From: Verrucomicrobiota bacterium
GTDB lineage: Bacteria; Verrucomicrobiota; Verrucomicrobiia; Opitutales; Coraliomargaritaceae
Assembly: GCA_039815375.1 (NCBI GenBank)
Contig: JBCBZJ010000001.1
Location: 320,001 to 384,000 of the forward strand
Direction of reading: 5' to 3'
Length of the DNA stretch: 64,000 bases
The notes under the pieces were generated by a model that ran no database searches, had not been told where the DNA came from, and was given only the letters and a program-made list of their open reading frames with translations. Each line of letters starts with the position of its first letter. Within the stretch, counting starts at the first letter, position 1. Positions 20,864 to 30,412 of this stretch are shown in pieces. Both the position numbers and the translations under genes were made by a program.

Positions 20864-21700
20864 ATGTCGCGTCTGTCGTTTTTGATTCAGAGCTATTGTA
20901 AGCAGCCTCAGTATTGGTTTAAGAATGTTACACTTCGTAGGTTGCGGACGCGTTCGGGCTTAAAAATTCTGTTTGTTGTCGGCGCGCCGCGTTCTGGTAC
21001 AACGCTCCTTCATTCACTTTTAGGTGCGCACAGTCAGTGTTTTACAGTGCAGTATGAGACCGGTCTTTTTACGTGGCAGAATCTTTATGATCATGCCAGA
21101 TTAGGGCTTACTTTGGATCAAACTCACAGTAGGCTCAATCGCGCTAGCGATATTGTGAAGTTTCTGGAGACATTCGTTTGCGAGTTGGATGATTATAATT
21201 CGGATCATTACTTCATTGAGAAGACCCCGCAACATGTGAATCATATTGGTAAGTTAAAGCGTCATTTTCCAGAGGCTTTATTTATCCATGTCCACAGGGA
21301 TGTAAGAGATTGCTACCTCTCTGCCTGTGATGTCGATGGTATGAGTTATTTTCACAATGCAGAACGCTATGCGAAGTATTGGAATCGCTGTGTGACTAAT
21401 GGATTGAAATATAAGGAGTCCGATTTTCTTTATACCCTCGCATATGAAGATTTTGTGAGTTCGCCATTAGCAAGTTTGCAGGAGATTATGGATTTCCTCG
21501 GGTTATCCTATGAGCAAAACCAGTTAAACCCTGATGTTTATGGAGCTGATCGTCGATCGACACGAAAGCATTTTTCCAGATTAAATGAACCAATCTCTTC
21601 GAAGTCTGTTGGTCGATGGCAGGGAGTATTAAAGCCTACTGAACGTGATAGAATCGAATCGATTTCTAGCAGTGTGCTATCTCGTCTCGGATATCTTTGA
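20864..21700 (+). CDS. sulfotransferase (family 3-like)
   Basis: FVVGAPRSGTTLL, IEKTP, HRDVRDCYLS, YEDFV, SVGRWQ. Confidence 0.9.
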   Translation: MSRLSFLIQSYCKQPQYWFKNVTLRRLRTRSGLKILFVVGAPRSGTTLLHSLLGAHSQCFTVQYETGLFTWQNLYDHARLGLTLDQTHSRLNRASDIVKFLETFVCELDDYNSDHYFIEKTPQHVNHIGKLKRHFPEALFIHVHRDVRDCYLSACDVDGMSYFHNAERYAKYWNRCVTNGLKYKESDFLYTLAYEDFVSSPLASLQEIMDFLGLSYEQNQLNPDVYGADRRSTRKHFSRLNEPISSKSVGRWQGVLKPTERDRIESISSSVLSRLGYL

Positions 21701-21717
21701 GACGGAACTAGACGAAT

Positions 21718-22512
21718 ATGAATATATCCGTACTCATTTTGACCTATAATGAGTCTATTAACCTACCTGATTGCTTGAGGTCGGTCGCTTTTTCTAACGA
21801 TATTGTAGTTTTAGACTCAAATAGTACTGATGGCACAGATCATATTGCCAGAGATTTTGGGGCTACAGTATTAAATCGTGATTTTGATAATTATTCCGCT
21901 CAGCGTAACTATGGACTTTCGTATGATTTTAAGTATGATTGGGTTTTGATGATAGATGCAGACGAGCGGGTTTCCGATCAGCTTGTTGCCGAGTTAAAAA
22001 AGATTGTAGAGGCTGTCGATAATCCTGTGACGCTCTATCGAATGAGACGCAAAGATATGTTCATGGGAACTTGGCTCAGGCGATCTAGTGGATATCCTAC
22101 ATGGTTTGGTCGGCTTTTTCGTAAAGGGCGCGTCAGCGTAGAGCGCGAAATTAATGAAGAATACTATACTGATGGAGATATAGGGTTACTCAAAAACCAT
22201 TTGATTCATTTTCCTTTTAATAAGGGTATCGAGTATTGGTTCGAGCGCCACAATCGATATTCATCAATGGAAGCGTTGAAGCTCTCTAATGAGAGAATGC
22301 TATCGATTGAATGGAAATGGTTTATCAACGGAGATCCGATGTTGAGACGTAAGGCGTTCAAGCAGGTGGCCTATCGGATGCCATTTAGACCTCTGCTTAC
22401 ATTTCTTTTTTTGTATTTCGTGAAGCTAGGGTTCCTGGATGGGCGCCCTGGGTTACACTTTAGTCTGATGCGCGCAGTTTATGAGTATATGATATTGCTG
22501 AAAATGCGTTAA
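21718..22512 (+). CDS. glycosyltransferase family 2 (beta-1,4-glucosyltransferase-like)
   Basis: ISVLILTYNE, DSNSTDGT, QRNYGL, IDADE, RHNRYS, LGFLDG. Confidence 0.92.
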   Translation: MNISVLILTYNESINLPDCLRSVAFSNDIVVLDSNSTDGTDHIARDFGATVLNRDFDNYSAQRNYGLSYDFKYDWVLMIDADERVSDQLVAELKKIVEAVDNPVTLYRMRRKDMFMGTWLRRSSGYPTWFGRLFRKGRVSVEREINEEYYTDGDIGLLKNHLIHFPFNKGIEYWFERHNRYSSMEALKLSNERMLSIEWKWFINGDPMLRRKAFKQVAYRMPFRPLLTFLFLYFVKLGFLDGRPGLHFSLMRAVYEYMILLKMR

Positions 22513-22526
22513 TTGAACCCGATTAC

Positions 22527-23810
22527 ATGAAAGTAACATATTGGTCGTCGACAGAGTATTCTGGTTTTCTCGAGGGATTAGTGCGTGAGTTGACCTATGC
22601 TCGCATTCCTGCTGGACAACGTTTTCAGATTTCAGAGGGGAGCTATCGTTCGGCTAAGTCCTCGTGTTCGCGGCTGTTTTTGAGGTTTCGGCAGTATGTC
22701 GCTTATCCAGTACAGCTTTTGTTTGTTTTGTTAAAGCGACGTGTTTTCAGTTATAAGAAAGTAGATGATGTATGTGTTGTAAGCACGAATACATTCTATG
22801 CGCCGTTATTGGCGATCTGCTTACATCCGAACGTTGTGCATTTGGTCTATGATCTGTTTCCCGAGGCGATGATCCATTCGGGTAAATGGAAGGAAGGTGC
22901 GCTTAAGGTTAAAGTTGTGCGCTGGATTACCCAAAAGACCCTTTTGCGGTCAAAGTGTAATGTCTTTCTTGGCCAACGCTTGAAGGATTATGTAGAATCA
23001 ATTCATGGACATGTGCCGAATTCAATTATTATTCCGGTGGGGGCGGACCAATCGTTGTTTCAGGTTTCGCCGAAACAGCGATTGAGTGAAAGGGATGGTC
23101 AAGGGGAGAGTTTGATTAAAAAACCTCTGGGAGCTCAGAAGGCACTTTTACATTCGACTCTCACTGGCCACCCGGCACCAACGGTGCTGTATTGTGGGAA
23201 TTTTGGTAATATGCATGATTCTGAAACTCTATTCCATTATTGGAAAAGAGTTTCAGAGAATGAAGGTTTGAATAAAGTCGCTCTGGACCAGTCTTCCAGG
23301 TTTCCCAATTCCATCCATCAGCTGCGCTGGCGTTTCCACTGTTCTGGTCCGAAGCGTGCGGCGCTTGAGGAGCTGTTTGAGACTTTGTCGGATCAAGTCA
23401 AAGCAACGATTCGTATTGGAGAGGGGCTCTCTCAATCAGAATGGGTCGAAACCATGGAGCAGGCAGATGTGGCGCTGGTGACAATGGCTCCTGGTGCAGA
23501 GACTGTCGTGATGCCGAGTAAGACGTACTCCGCCATGATGGCCGGGCAGGCAATTTTAGCGATTGCACCTGAAGAGTCCGATCTTGTTGATTTGATCAAA
23601 GAAGCCAATTGCGGTTGGTGGGTGAAGCCGGGAGATGTGATTGGGCTTGAGCAGGCTATTGCTGAAATACTCAACGATTCTGATGCTTTGCTTGAAAAAC
23701 GAGAACGTGCATTTCTTTATGCGCACAAACGGTTCGGCCAAGACTCGCTTGCCAAGGAGTGGATTGATTTGATTGAGCATTTAGTTCCGAATCTGAAACC
23801 CGTTACCTAA
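22527..23810 (+). CDS. glycosyltransferase family 4 (WcaI-like)
   Basis: YDLFPE, LYCGNFGNMHD, VMPSKTYSAMMAG. Confidence 0.85.
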   Translation: MKVTYWSSTEYSGFLEGLVRELTYARIPAGQRFQISEGSYRSAKSSCSRLFLRFRQYVAYPVQLLFVLLKRRVFSYKKVDDVCVVSTNTFYAPLLAICLHPNVVHLVYDLFPEAMIHSGKWKEGALKVKVVRWITQKTLLRSKCNVFLGQRLKDYVESIHGHVPNSIIIPVGADQSLFQVSPKQRLSERDGQGESLIKKPLGAQKALLHSTLTGHPAPTVLYCGNFGNMHDSETLFHYWKRVSENEGLNKVALDQSSRFPNSIHQLRWRFHCSGPKRAALEELFETLSDQVKATIRIGEGLSQSEWVETMEQADVALVTMAPGAETVVMPSKTYSAMMAGQAILAIAPEESDLVDLIKEANCGWWVKPGDVIGLEQAIAEILNDSDALLEKRERAFLYAHKRFGQDSLAKEWIDLIEHLVPNLKPVT

Positions 23811-23821
23811 GGCAAAGAAAT

Positions 23822-25672
23822 ATGTCACCTCAGCTCCGAGTTGTATCATTAATCCTGCTTTACGGCCTTATTGCCTGTCTGAGTTATTGGGGTGCATGGT
23901 TGCTACGCTTTGGCTTTTATCCGGACCTTAGTGGGATTCCGGAGAACTTTCAGACGCTTTGGTGGCAGCAGGGGGTGTATCTCCTACCGCTGAAGTTAGC
24001 ACTGCTCTATGCTTCCGGTCAGTTTAGTGGGTTTATCCGTTTTTTCCGTTTTCCGGATGCAGTGCGTTTGGCCGGAGCATCAGGTTTGTTCAGTTTTGTT
24101 TGCCTTGTCGTTTGGTATTTCACCTCGATACGCTTTGTCCCGCCGGCTTTGGTTCTGGCTGCCGATTTCCTGCTGTTTACTTTTTTCGCGATGAGTGCCC
24201 GGGTCGGGATTCGTTTGATCGATGAGTGGCGTCAGTCCTCTAGCACTGCGGGTAAAAAGGCAGATCGTGTCGGTATTATTGGTGTGGGAGAAACGGGTTC
24301 TTCTCTGGCGGCAGAGCTGAGTGCCCAGCCCGCGCTAGGTATGCGGCCAGTAGCGTTCTTTGATGTGAATCCCGATAATCAGGGACGGACGCTTCATGGC
24401 ATTCCAGTTCTAGGAGTACTCGAAGATATCCCTTCCTACTATCAGTCGCATGATTTAGACAAAATCGTACTAGCAATGCCTAACGCGTCTCCTGAGGAGA
24501 TTCGGCAAATCACGGTTCTTTTGAAATCAGCAAAGATACCGTTGGAGACGATCGCTCCGCTTGGACAGAGACTTAGCAATCCAGATTTGAAGCAAACACG
24601 TGAGGTCAAGATTGAAGACTTGCTTTACCGTGAACCGATTGCACTCGATGAGGAAAAGTTGTCTCAATTTATTAAGGGACATAGAGTTTTAGTGACGGGT
24701 GCAGGTGGGAGCATTGGTAGTGAGCTCGCATTTCAGATTGCTGGAATGGAGCCTGCCGAGCTGATCATGCTGGACCGGAGCGAAGGGGCACTCTTTGAAG
24801 CGGAGCAGCGTGTGCTTCAAAGCATTGAAAATACATCTCTTCAGGTTGAGGTTGCCGATTTGAGGGATGATGAAGTGATCGATACTTTGCTGGGCCGTTG
24901 CAAACCCAACGTTATCTTTCACGCTGCTGCGCATAAGCATGTCGGTATGATGGAGCGCCAGCCACGTGAGTCTTTTGCTAACAACACAGTAGTCACCATG
25001 CGTTTTGCTGAAAAAGCATTGGCACATGGCGTTAAAGCTTTTTGCCTCATATCAACCGATAAAGCCGTAGAGCCAACGAATGCGATGGGAGCAACAAAAC
25101 GTTTGGCAGAGAAAGCAGTGCAGGCGCTAGTTGATTCCGGGCAGAGTGGAAGCACACAGTTTACTGTAGTGCGCTTTGGCAATGTTGTCGGCTCTTCTGG
25201 AAGTGTAATTCCTATTTTTGAAAAACAGATTGAGGAACGACGACCCGTTACGGTGACGGATCCTGCGATGACTCGTTACTTTATGACGATTCCAGAGGCA
25301 GTTGGATTAGTTCTGCAAGCGACTGCTTTTGAATCAGCAGCAGCGCTGTTCACTTTGGAAATGGGTGATCCTGTTCGCATTGACGATATGGCACGTGACC
25401 TGATACGTTTAAAAGGACTGGAGCCAGATGTAGACATTCCAATTGTTTATACAGGTATTCGACCAGGCGAAAAGTTGGATGAATCGATCCATTACCCCAT
25501 GGAGCAGCTTGAAGCGACGGATCATCCGAAAATTGTGCGTGTAGGATTGGTTTCTCAAGATCGAGATGAGGCAGATGCATTTCTAAGTGAAATTAGTCAT
25601 CTTTTTGAGAACTTATGTGTCATGCCAGATGCTGACTTCCGTGATCGGCTTTTTCGTCTAGCGAACACTTGA
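23822..25672 (+). CDS. membrane-bound nucleoside-diphosphate sugar 4,6-dehydratase (CapD/PglF/WbpM family)
   Basis: Four N-terminal TM segments; TGAGGSIGSEL, HAAAHKHV, ISTDKAV, RFGNV, RYFMTIPEA, RPGEKL. Confidence 0.93.
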   Translation: MSPQLRVVSLILLYGLIACLSYWGAWLLRFGFYPDLSGIPENFQTLWWQQGVYLLPLKLALLYASGQFSGFIRFFRFPDAVRLAGASGLFSFVCLVVWYFTSIRFVPPALVLAADFLLFTFFAMSARVGIRLIDEWRQSSSTAGKKADRVGIIGVGETGSSLAAELSAQPALGMRPVAFFDVNPDNQGRTLHGIPVLGVLEDIPSYYQSHDLDKIVLAMPNASPEEIRQITVLLKSAKIPLETIAPLGQRLSNPDLKQTREVKIEDLLYREPIALDEEKLSQFIKGHRVLVTGAGGSIGSELAFQIAGMEPAELIMLDRSEGALFEAEQRVLQSIENTSLQVEVADLRDDEVIDTLLGRCKPNVIFHAAAHKHVGMMERQPRESFANNTVVTMRFAEKALAHGVKAFCLISTDKAVEPTNAMGATKRLAEKAVQALVDSGQSGSTQFTVVRFGNVVGSSGSVIPIFEKQIEERRPVTVTDPAMTRYFMTIPEAVGLVLQATAFESAAALFTLEMGDPVRIDDMARDLIRLKGLEPDVDIPIVYTGIRPGEKLDESIHYPMEQLEATDHPKIVRVGLVSQDRDEADAFLSEISHLFENLCVMPDADFRDRLFRLANT

Positions 25673-25747
25673 TTGATCACATTTTCTTTTCAGAACGCAG
25701 TGGTAGAGTTTCTCCGCTGCGTTTTTCTGATTAGCACATTAAATCTA

Positions 25748-28225
25748 ATGAAATTAAAGACTCCAGAGCTTAGATGTGTAATCTTCGTTCTTTTGTGTCT
25801 TGGTTTTGTTCAGAGCCTGTTTGCGGTCCGTAGTATTCCATGGCGTCCCGAGCGTTTGCCTGGTTCTTCCCGCCTTTCGATTGATTCGATTCGCTGGCTT
25901 GTTTTGCCTCCGAAAGCGGACGAAGATCTGCTTCGTGCTGCAAATGATCTGGCCGAGGTCTTCAAGCTAAGGGGCATAGACACTGAGATCGTTGAGGCTG
26001 ATGGATTAAAGCCACGTTATGCGATTATCATTAGTCCATACGGGCGCAGTTCACGTGATTTGGGTGGTGGCTACCTGATCCGGCGAAGGCAGAGTCGAGT
26101 CTATATTAGGTCTGCCGATACAGAAGGCCTGGTAAATGGGATCTATGCGATTTGCCAAGAACTACTTGGAGCTCGATGGTATTGGCCCAGTGAGTTGGGC
26201 TTCCAGCTCACCGATGTATACGAAAATAAGTTCCCCGATCGGTTGTGGTGGGGTCGACCTGCTTTCATTGAGCGGAGACTGCATCCCGTAGATACTGATT
26301 TCGGCAGGCGTAATGGCCTTAATCGACTGTATTCCTTTAATCACAATCTTGCTCGAATTTTCAATGAGGATGTCTATCGGAAGCATCCCGAAGCATTTGC
26401 TGAGATTGGCGGAAAGCGCAGTCGACCCAAAGGTAGCCGTCAGATTGATCGACAACCTGATTTCACCGAAGCTGTAACAGTTGATTTATCGGTTGCTGCC
26501 GTGCGGACACACTTTGCCGAGGAGCCGGATTCGATGAGCTTCTCTCTCTCGATCAATGATAATGTTTTATTTGATCAGAGTGCAGAAACTGAAGCAGTTG
26601 TCTCACCTATTGATCATTTCCGAGGGCTACCAAATTATACGAACTTGGTTTTTGGTTATATGAATAAGGTTGCGAGCAATCTCTTCAGTGATTCAGAAAA
26701 CCTGAAAAATGACTCAGGTCATAATCGTTACTTAACAGCATTGGCATACTATTGGACGGAACAGTCACCCAGTTTTGAAATACACCCTCGGATCATGCCT
26801 GTGCTGACTTCTGATCGTGGGCAGTGGCATGATCCGAAGTATCGAGAAGAGGACAAAGCACTCATACGGCGTTGGGTCAATTCGGGAGCAGAGCGTATTG
26901 CAACTTGGGATTATTACTTTGGCGCCCCATATCCGTATCCTCGACAGTTTAACCAGTGGATCGGTGAGAGCATTAAGTTTTTGCATCGTGAAGGTGTCGA
27001 TGTGTTCTTTTCTCAGCTGCCTTCGGTTTGGGGTTTGGATGGTCCGAAGGCCTGGTTGACTGCTCAGTTACTTTGGAATCCGAAGCAGGACGTTGAAGAG
27101 CTATTGGACGAATTTTACACGAACTTCTTTGGGGCTGCGGCTGAGCCGATGCGTGAGTTTTATGAGATAGCAGAAGATATCAGGAATGAGAACGAAGGCG
27201 AAGCCGCTTGGATCAAATTCTATAAAGATGAAGCAGGCATCGAGCTCTTTGATCGCGAAACACTGAAGAAAATGCGCGATCAGATTAGTTTGGCCCAAAT
27301 TTTGGTTCGGAACGATCAAAGTCGTCTGGCCCGGGTCTTAGTGGTCTCTTTGGCATTTGAATTCACCGAGGCTTATGCGACTTTTCATTATTCTAGACGT
27401 GAGTTGTTTGAATTGAGTTTATCCTCTCTTAACAACAAATCAACTCAATCGAACCCTTCGCTCTTAGAGGTTTGGGATAGTTATCTAAAAGCGAGTTCGA
27501 ATTTTGATATACTGAAGAAGCGTATTAACGAAGAACCGATGTGTAAGGGCCTACGGAGATTTGATAGCTTTCTTCAGTCTGCCCCGGAACCGCTTGCAAT
27601 GGCAGCGTTTTCGAAGCTTCAGTTAGATTCTAGTAGCCAATTGGAGAGTGAAGCTGTCGATCCAAGCCGCTTTGAGATGATCCAAGCTGCTTCTCTTGCT
27701 TGGGGTGAGAATGGTCCTGTTTTCGAATCTGTAATTGATAATTCAAGTCTTCGGCACACAGGTCAGGAGCTCCGTGACTTCCTCGGGCCGAAAATTCCTC
27801 GGATCGATGGATGGAGGATTCAATATCGTCCTAGTCAGGGGTTTCTGATGCGATCTGCTGCAGAGAGCTTTGGGTCGGGCTTGCGAATTGAAAATGCAAA
27901 TATCGTTGCGCTTACTCGGATCTGTCCCGTCGCGCCCGGTAGGCCACATGTCTTGGATATGCTGGCAAGTTGGAAGGTGAGCCCCGATAACCGGACATGG
28001 ATACAGCTCGTTTGGAGGGCAGAAGATGGAAAGACGTTAAAAACTCAGGTCCCAATGATGATTCCAACAGGTTCTTCAAACGAACCACAAGTTCTTAGCC
28101 TTTTATTTGATCCCCCTCGCGATGCGATTGAGGTTGGTATTCTCGTGATGACAAATCGCCAGTCTCGAGGGGATTTTATTGAGCTGGAGAAATTGGACTT
28201 TGGCCCACTTCGACCAGCCGACTAG
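25748..28225 (+). CDS. secreted DUF4838-type putative glycoside hydrolase
   Basis: Signal peptide, GH20/GH67-like N-domain ([17 protein letters not shown]), KHPEAFA, SINDN, LAY, AQLLWNP...[16 protein letters not shown]. Confidence 0.72.
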   Translation: MKLKTPELRCVIFVLLCLGFVQSLFAVRSIPWRPERLPGSSRLSIDSIRWLVLPPKADEDLLRAANDLAEVFKLRGIDTEIVEADGLKPRYAIIISPYGRSSRDLGGGYLIRRRQSRVYIRSADTEGLVNGIYAICQELLGARWYWPSELGFQLTDVYENKFPDRLWWGRPAFIERRLHPVDTDFGRRNGLNRLYSFNHNLARIFNEDVYRKHPEAFAEIGGKRSRPKGSRQIDRQPDFTEAVTVDLSVAAVRTHFAEEPDSMSFSLSINDNVLFDQSAETEAVVSPIDHFRGLPNYTNLVFGYMNKVASNLFSDSENLKNDSGHNRYLTALAYYWTEQSPSFEIHPRIMPVLTSDRGQWHDPKYREEDKALIRRWVNSGAERIATWDYYFGAPYPYPRQFNQWIGESIKFLHREGVDVFFSQLPSVWGLDGPKAWLTAQLLWNPKQDVEELLDEFYTNFFGAAAEPMREFYEIAEDIRNENEGEAAWIKFYKDEAGIELFDRETLKKMRDQISLAQILVRNDQSRLARVLVVSLAFEFTEAYATFHYSRRELFELSLSSLNNKSTQSNPSLLEVWDSYLKASSNFDILKKRINEEPMCKGLRRFDSFLQSAPEPLAMAAFSKLQLDSSSQLESEAVDPSRFEMIQAASLAWGENGPVFESVIDNSSLRHTGQELRDFLGPKIPRIDGWRIQYRPSQGFLMRSAAESFGSGLRIENANIVALTRICPVAPGRPHVLDMLASWKVSPDNRTWIQLVWRAEDGKTLKTQVPMMIPTGSSNEPQVLSLLFDPPRDAIEVGILVMTNRQSRGDFIELEKLDFGPLRPAD

Positions 28226-28482
28226 ACATCGATTACTACGTCGCTATCTTCCTTTGGTTGGCAGCAGCAGAGGAGGGCGCCACCTTCGTCGGGTTCGCCA
28301 GTGTGCCCCATCGGATATTCTACTTCTCCGGAAACGATAGTTTGCTCACAGGCGGTGCAATTACCCATGCGGCAACCGTAGTCCAGATCGAGGTCGTTGG
28401 CTTCCGCCAATTCGAGAATGCTATCCTCGCTACCGTCCCAATCCACTTCCACGCCCGACTTTTGAAATAGTATTTTCGACAT
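28222..28482 (-). CDS. 2Fe-2S ferredoxin
   Basis: [11 protein letters not shown]...LLCC plant-type ferredoxin motif. Confidence 0.9.
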   Translation of the reverse strand: MSKILFQKSGVEVDWDGSEDSILELAEANDLDLDYGCRMGNCTACEQTIVSGEVEYPMGHTGEPDEGGALLCCCQPKEDSDVVIDV

Positions 28483-28536
28483 GTGTCTCTTTTAGCCTGA
28501 TACTCGACAATTGCAACAGTTCCCCTTTCTAATTCT

Positions 28537-28773
28537 ATGACTAAAGTTCGCCAGATCGATTACCAGACACCTCGAATGCTGGTTGCCTACAGTGGTAAGC
28601 GCACGGTTCGCCTGACCGGTGAAGAGACCCGCTACAAATTCTCGGGTGTTCTGATTGAGGGGGTGGAGGATAATTTCGCAAAAATCGGTGAAGAGCGTAA
28701 AGACTGGCAAAAAAGTGCCTTCCCTTTGCCTTGGACAGACTCTCCTGAGGTGGTCTATCCCGATACGAAATAG
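28537..28773 (+). CDS. small hypothetical protein (78 aa)
   Basis: Fills the gap between the ferredoxin and the rpsP promoter; ATG start; plausible codon usage; no recognised motif. Confidence 0.55.
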   Translation: MTKVRQIDYQTPRMLVAYSGKRTVRLTGEETRYKFSGVLIEGVEDNFAKIGEERKDWQKSAFPLPWTDSPEVVYPDTK

Positions 28774-28786
28774 CCGTGGTCCGCGC

Positions 28787-28815
28787 TTGACAGGCGCGCT
28801 GCAAAGACCTTTTCT
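28787..28815 (+). promoter_or_regulatory. sigma70-like promoter for rpsP
   Basis: TTGACA-17 bp-TTTTCT, followed by GC-rich ctccg and CTTTTC. Confidence 0.55.
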
Positions 28816-28892
28816 CTCCGCTTTTCTTTAAATCCGGGGCACTGCCGGTTTTATTTTACGATCTCAAATTTTACTCTTTCAGAACTTCGATT

Positions 28893-29171
28893 ATGGCACT
28901 CAAAATTCGTCTCCAGCGTCACGGTGCAAGCCACCGTCCTTTCTACCGTATGGTCGTAACAGAAGCGGCAGCTCGTCGCGATGGTCGTTTCGTCGAAGTT
29001 CTCGGCACCTATGAGCCTCAAGCTAAAAAAGTTGAGGACGAGCTTAAGATAAAGCTCGAACGTGTCGATTACTGGAAGTCTGTTGGGGCCAAGCCGACCG
29101 ACACAGCTGCCAGCCTTATCCGCAAGGCCCGTCGCGAAGCTCCGGCTGAAGAAGCCGCTGCCGAGGCCTAA
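28893..29171 (+). CDS. rpsP: 30S ribosomal protein S16
   Basis: MALKIRLQRHGA...RDGRFVEVLGTYEP...GAKPTDT. Confidence 0.97.
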   Translation: MALKIRLQRHGASHRPFYRMVVTEAAARRDGRFVEVLGTYEPQAKKVEDELKIKLERVDYWKSVGAKPTDTAASLIRKARREAPAEEAAAEA

Positions 29172-29213
29172 ACAGTCTGGGTGCTGCAGGGCACCTACTC
29201 GAAAGGCGCAGAA

Positions 29214-29897
29214 ATGCACATCGAGTTTGATATCTTAACTCTCTTTCCGGAAATGGTAGAGGGTTTTTTTACGTCCAGTATGATCTCCCGCGGTCAGAAA
29301 AGTGGTCTCATAAGCGTTCGAAGCCATCAGATACGAGACTGGACGAGGGATAAACACAACAAGGCGGACGAAATGCCTTATGGTGGTGGCGCCGGAATGG
29401 TAATGAAGCCCGAACCGATTTTTGCCGCGGTTGAAGAGCTCCGCCGTCCTGATACGAAGGTCCTCTACATGGCCCCAGATGGCCAGCCTCTAACGAGCCG
29501 ACTCTCTCGCGAGCTCTCCAAGGAGGAGCACCTCCTCATTCTCAGTGGTCACTATGAGGGAGTAGATCAGCGGGCGCGGGACGAACTCATTGATATGGAG
29601 GTAAGTATTGGAGACTACGTGCTGACGAATGGCACCCTTGCCGCTGCAGTTTTGATCGACTCTGTGAGCCGCTTTATCCCCGGATTTTTAGGGGATGAAA
29701 AATCCTTGACGGAGGAATCTTTCATGAGCACTTTGCTCGGCTTTCCTCAATACACGCGTCCCGCAGAATACCGCGGAATGCGAGTGCCAGAGGTTTTACT
29801 TTCCGGTGATCACGCGGCCATTGCGAAGTGGCGGCAGGAGCAGCAGATCGAAAAAACACGGCGAATTCGCCCAGACATTTTAGACCAAGACAATTAA
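29214..29897 (+). CDS. trmD: tRNA (guanine-N1)-methyltransferase
   Basis: ILTLFPEM, PYGGGAGMVM, GHYEGVDQR, SIGDYVLTNG, YTRP, VLLSGDH. Confidence 0.97.
   Translation: MHIEFDILTLFPEMVEGFFTSSMISRGQKSGLISVRSHQIRDWTRDKHNKADEMPYGGGAGMVMKPEPIFAAVEELRRPDTKVLYMAPDGQPLTSRLSRELSKEEHLLILSGHYEGVDQRARDELIDMEVSIGDYVLTNGTLAAAVLIDSVSRFIPGFLGDEKSLTEESFMSTLLGFPQYTRPAEYRGMRVPEVLLSGDHAAIAKWRQEQQIEKTRRIRPDILDQDN
29706..29734 (+). promoter_or_regulatory. candidate internal promoter in trmD for rplS
   Basis: TTGACG-17 bp-CACTTT, same architecture as the tRNA-Thr/tuf promoter. Confidence 0.5.
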
Positions 29898-29919
29898 CTT
29901 TTTATCGGAGAATTCCATT

Positions 29920-30291
29920 ATGAGCCAAGCCATCCTCGAAGACCTCACCAAAGATCAACTTAAGGACGACCGCGCAGATTTCAAAGTCGGCGACGGTGTG
30001 CGTGTGCACCTCAAGGTTAAAGAAGGCGAAAAGACCCGTATTCAGGTATTTGCCGGTATCGTCATCGCTCGTAAGGGTGGTGGTCTACAAGAGACTTTCA
30101 CGGTTCGTCGTATCGCTTCCGGTGTTGGAGTTGAGAAGGTCTTTCCTGTGCATAGCCCGACGATTGAAAAGGTCGAAGTAGACCGTGAGTCTGTGACCAT
30201 GCGTGCCCGCATGTATTACATGCGTGATCGTATCGGCAAGGCAGCGAACCAAGTTAAGGAGAAGCGCCTCGTGGAAGCGGGCCGCAAATAG
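29920..30291 (+). CDS. rplS: 50S ribosomal protein L19
   Basis: FKVGDGVRVH, EGEKTRIQVFAG, TFTVRR, GVEKVFP. Confidence 0.97.
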   Translation: MSQAILEDLTKDQLKDDRADFKVGDGVRVHLKVKEGEKTRIQVFAGIVIARKGGGLQETFTVRRIASGVGVEKVFPVHSPTIEKVEVDRESVTMRARMYYMRDRIGKAANQVKEKRLVEAGRK

Positions 30292-30316
30292 TTATTCATC
30301 TCTAGCAATTGTTTTA

Positions 30317-30344
30317 GAGCCGTCCTGAAAGGGGCGGCTTTTTT
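30317..30344 (+). terminator. intrinsic terminator after rplS
   Basis: GAGCCGTCCT-GAAA-GGGGCGGCTT followed by T-tract. Confidence 0.85.
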
Positions 30345-30412
30345 GTGGTTTCATAACGATGACTGAGGAACCTTGCCTCGAGAGCAATTTCTCATAGTTT
30401 GGCTCTCAACGT

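Noticed and set aside
28833..28857. CCGG-ggcactg-CCGG plus T-run in the rpsP leader as an attenuator
   Set aside because: The stem is too short to call without comparative data
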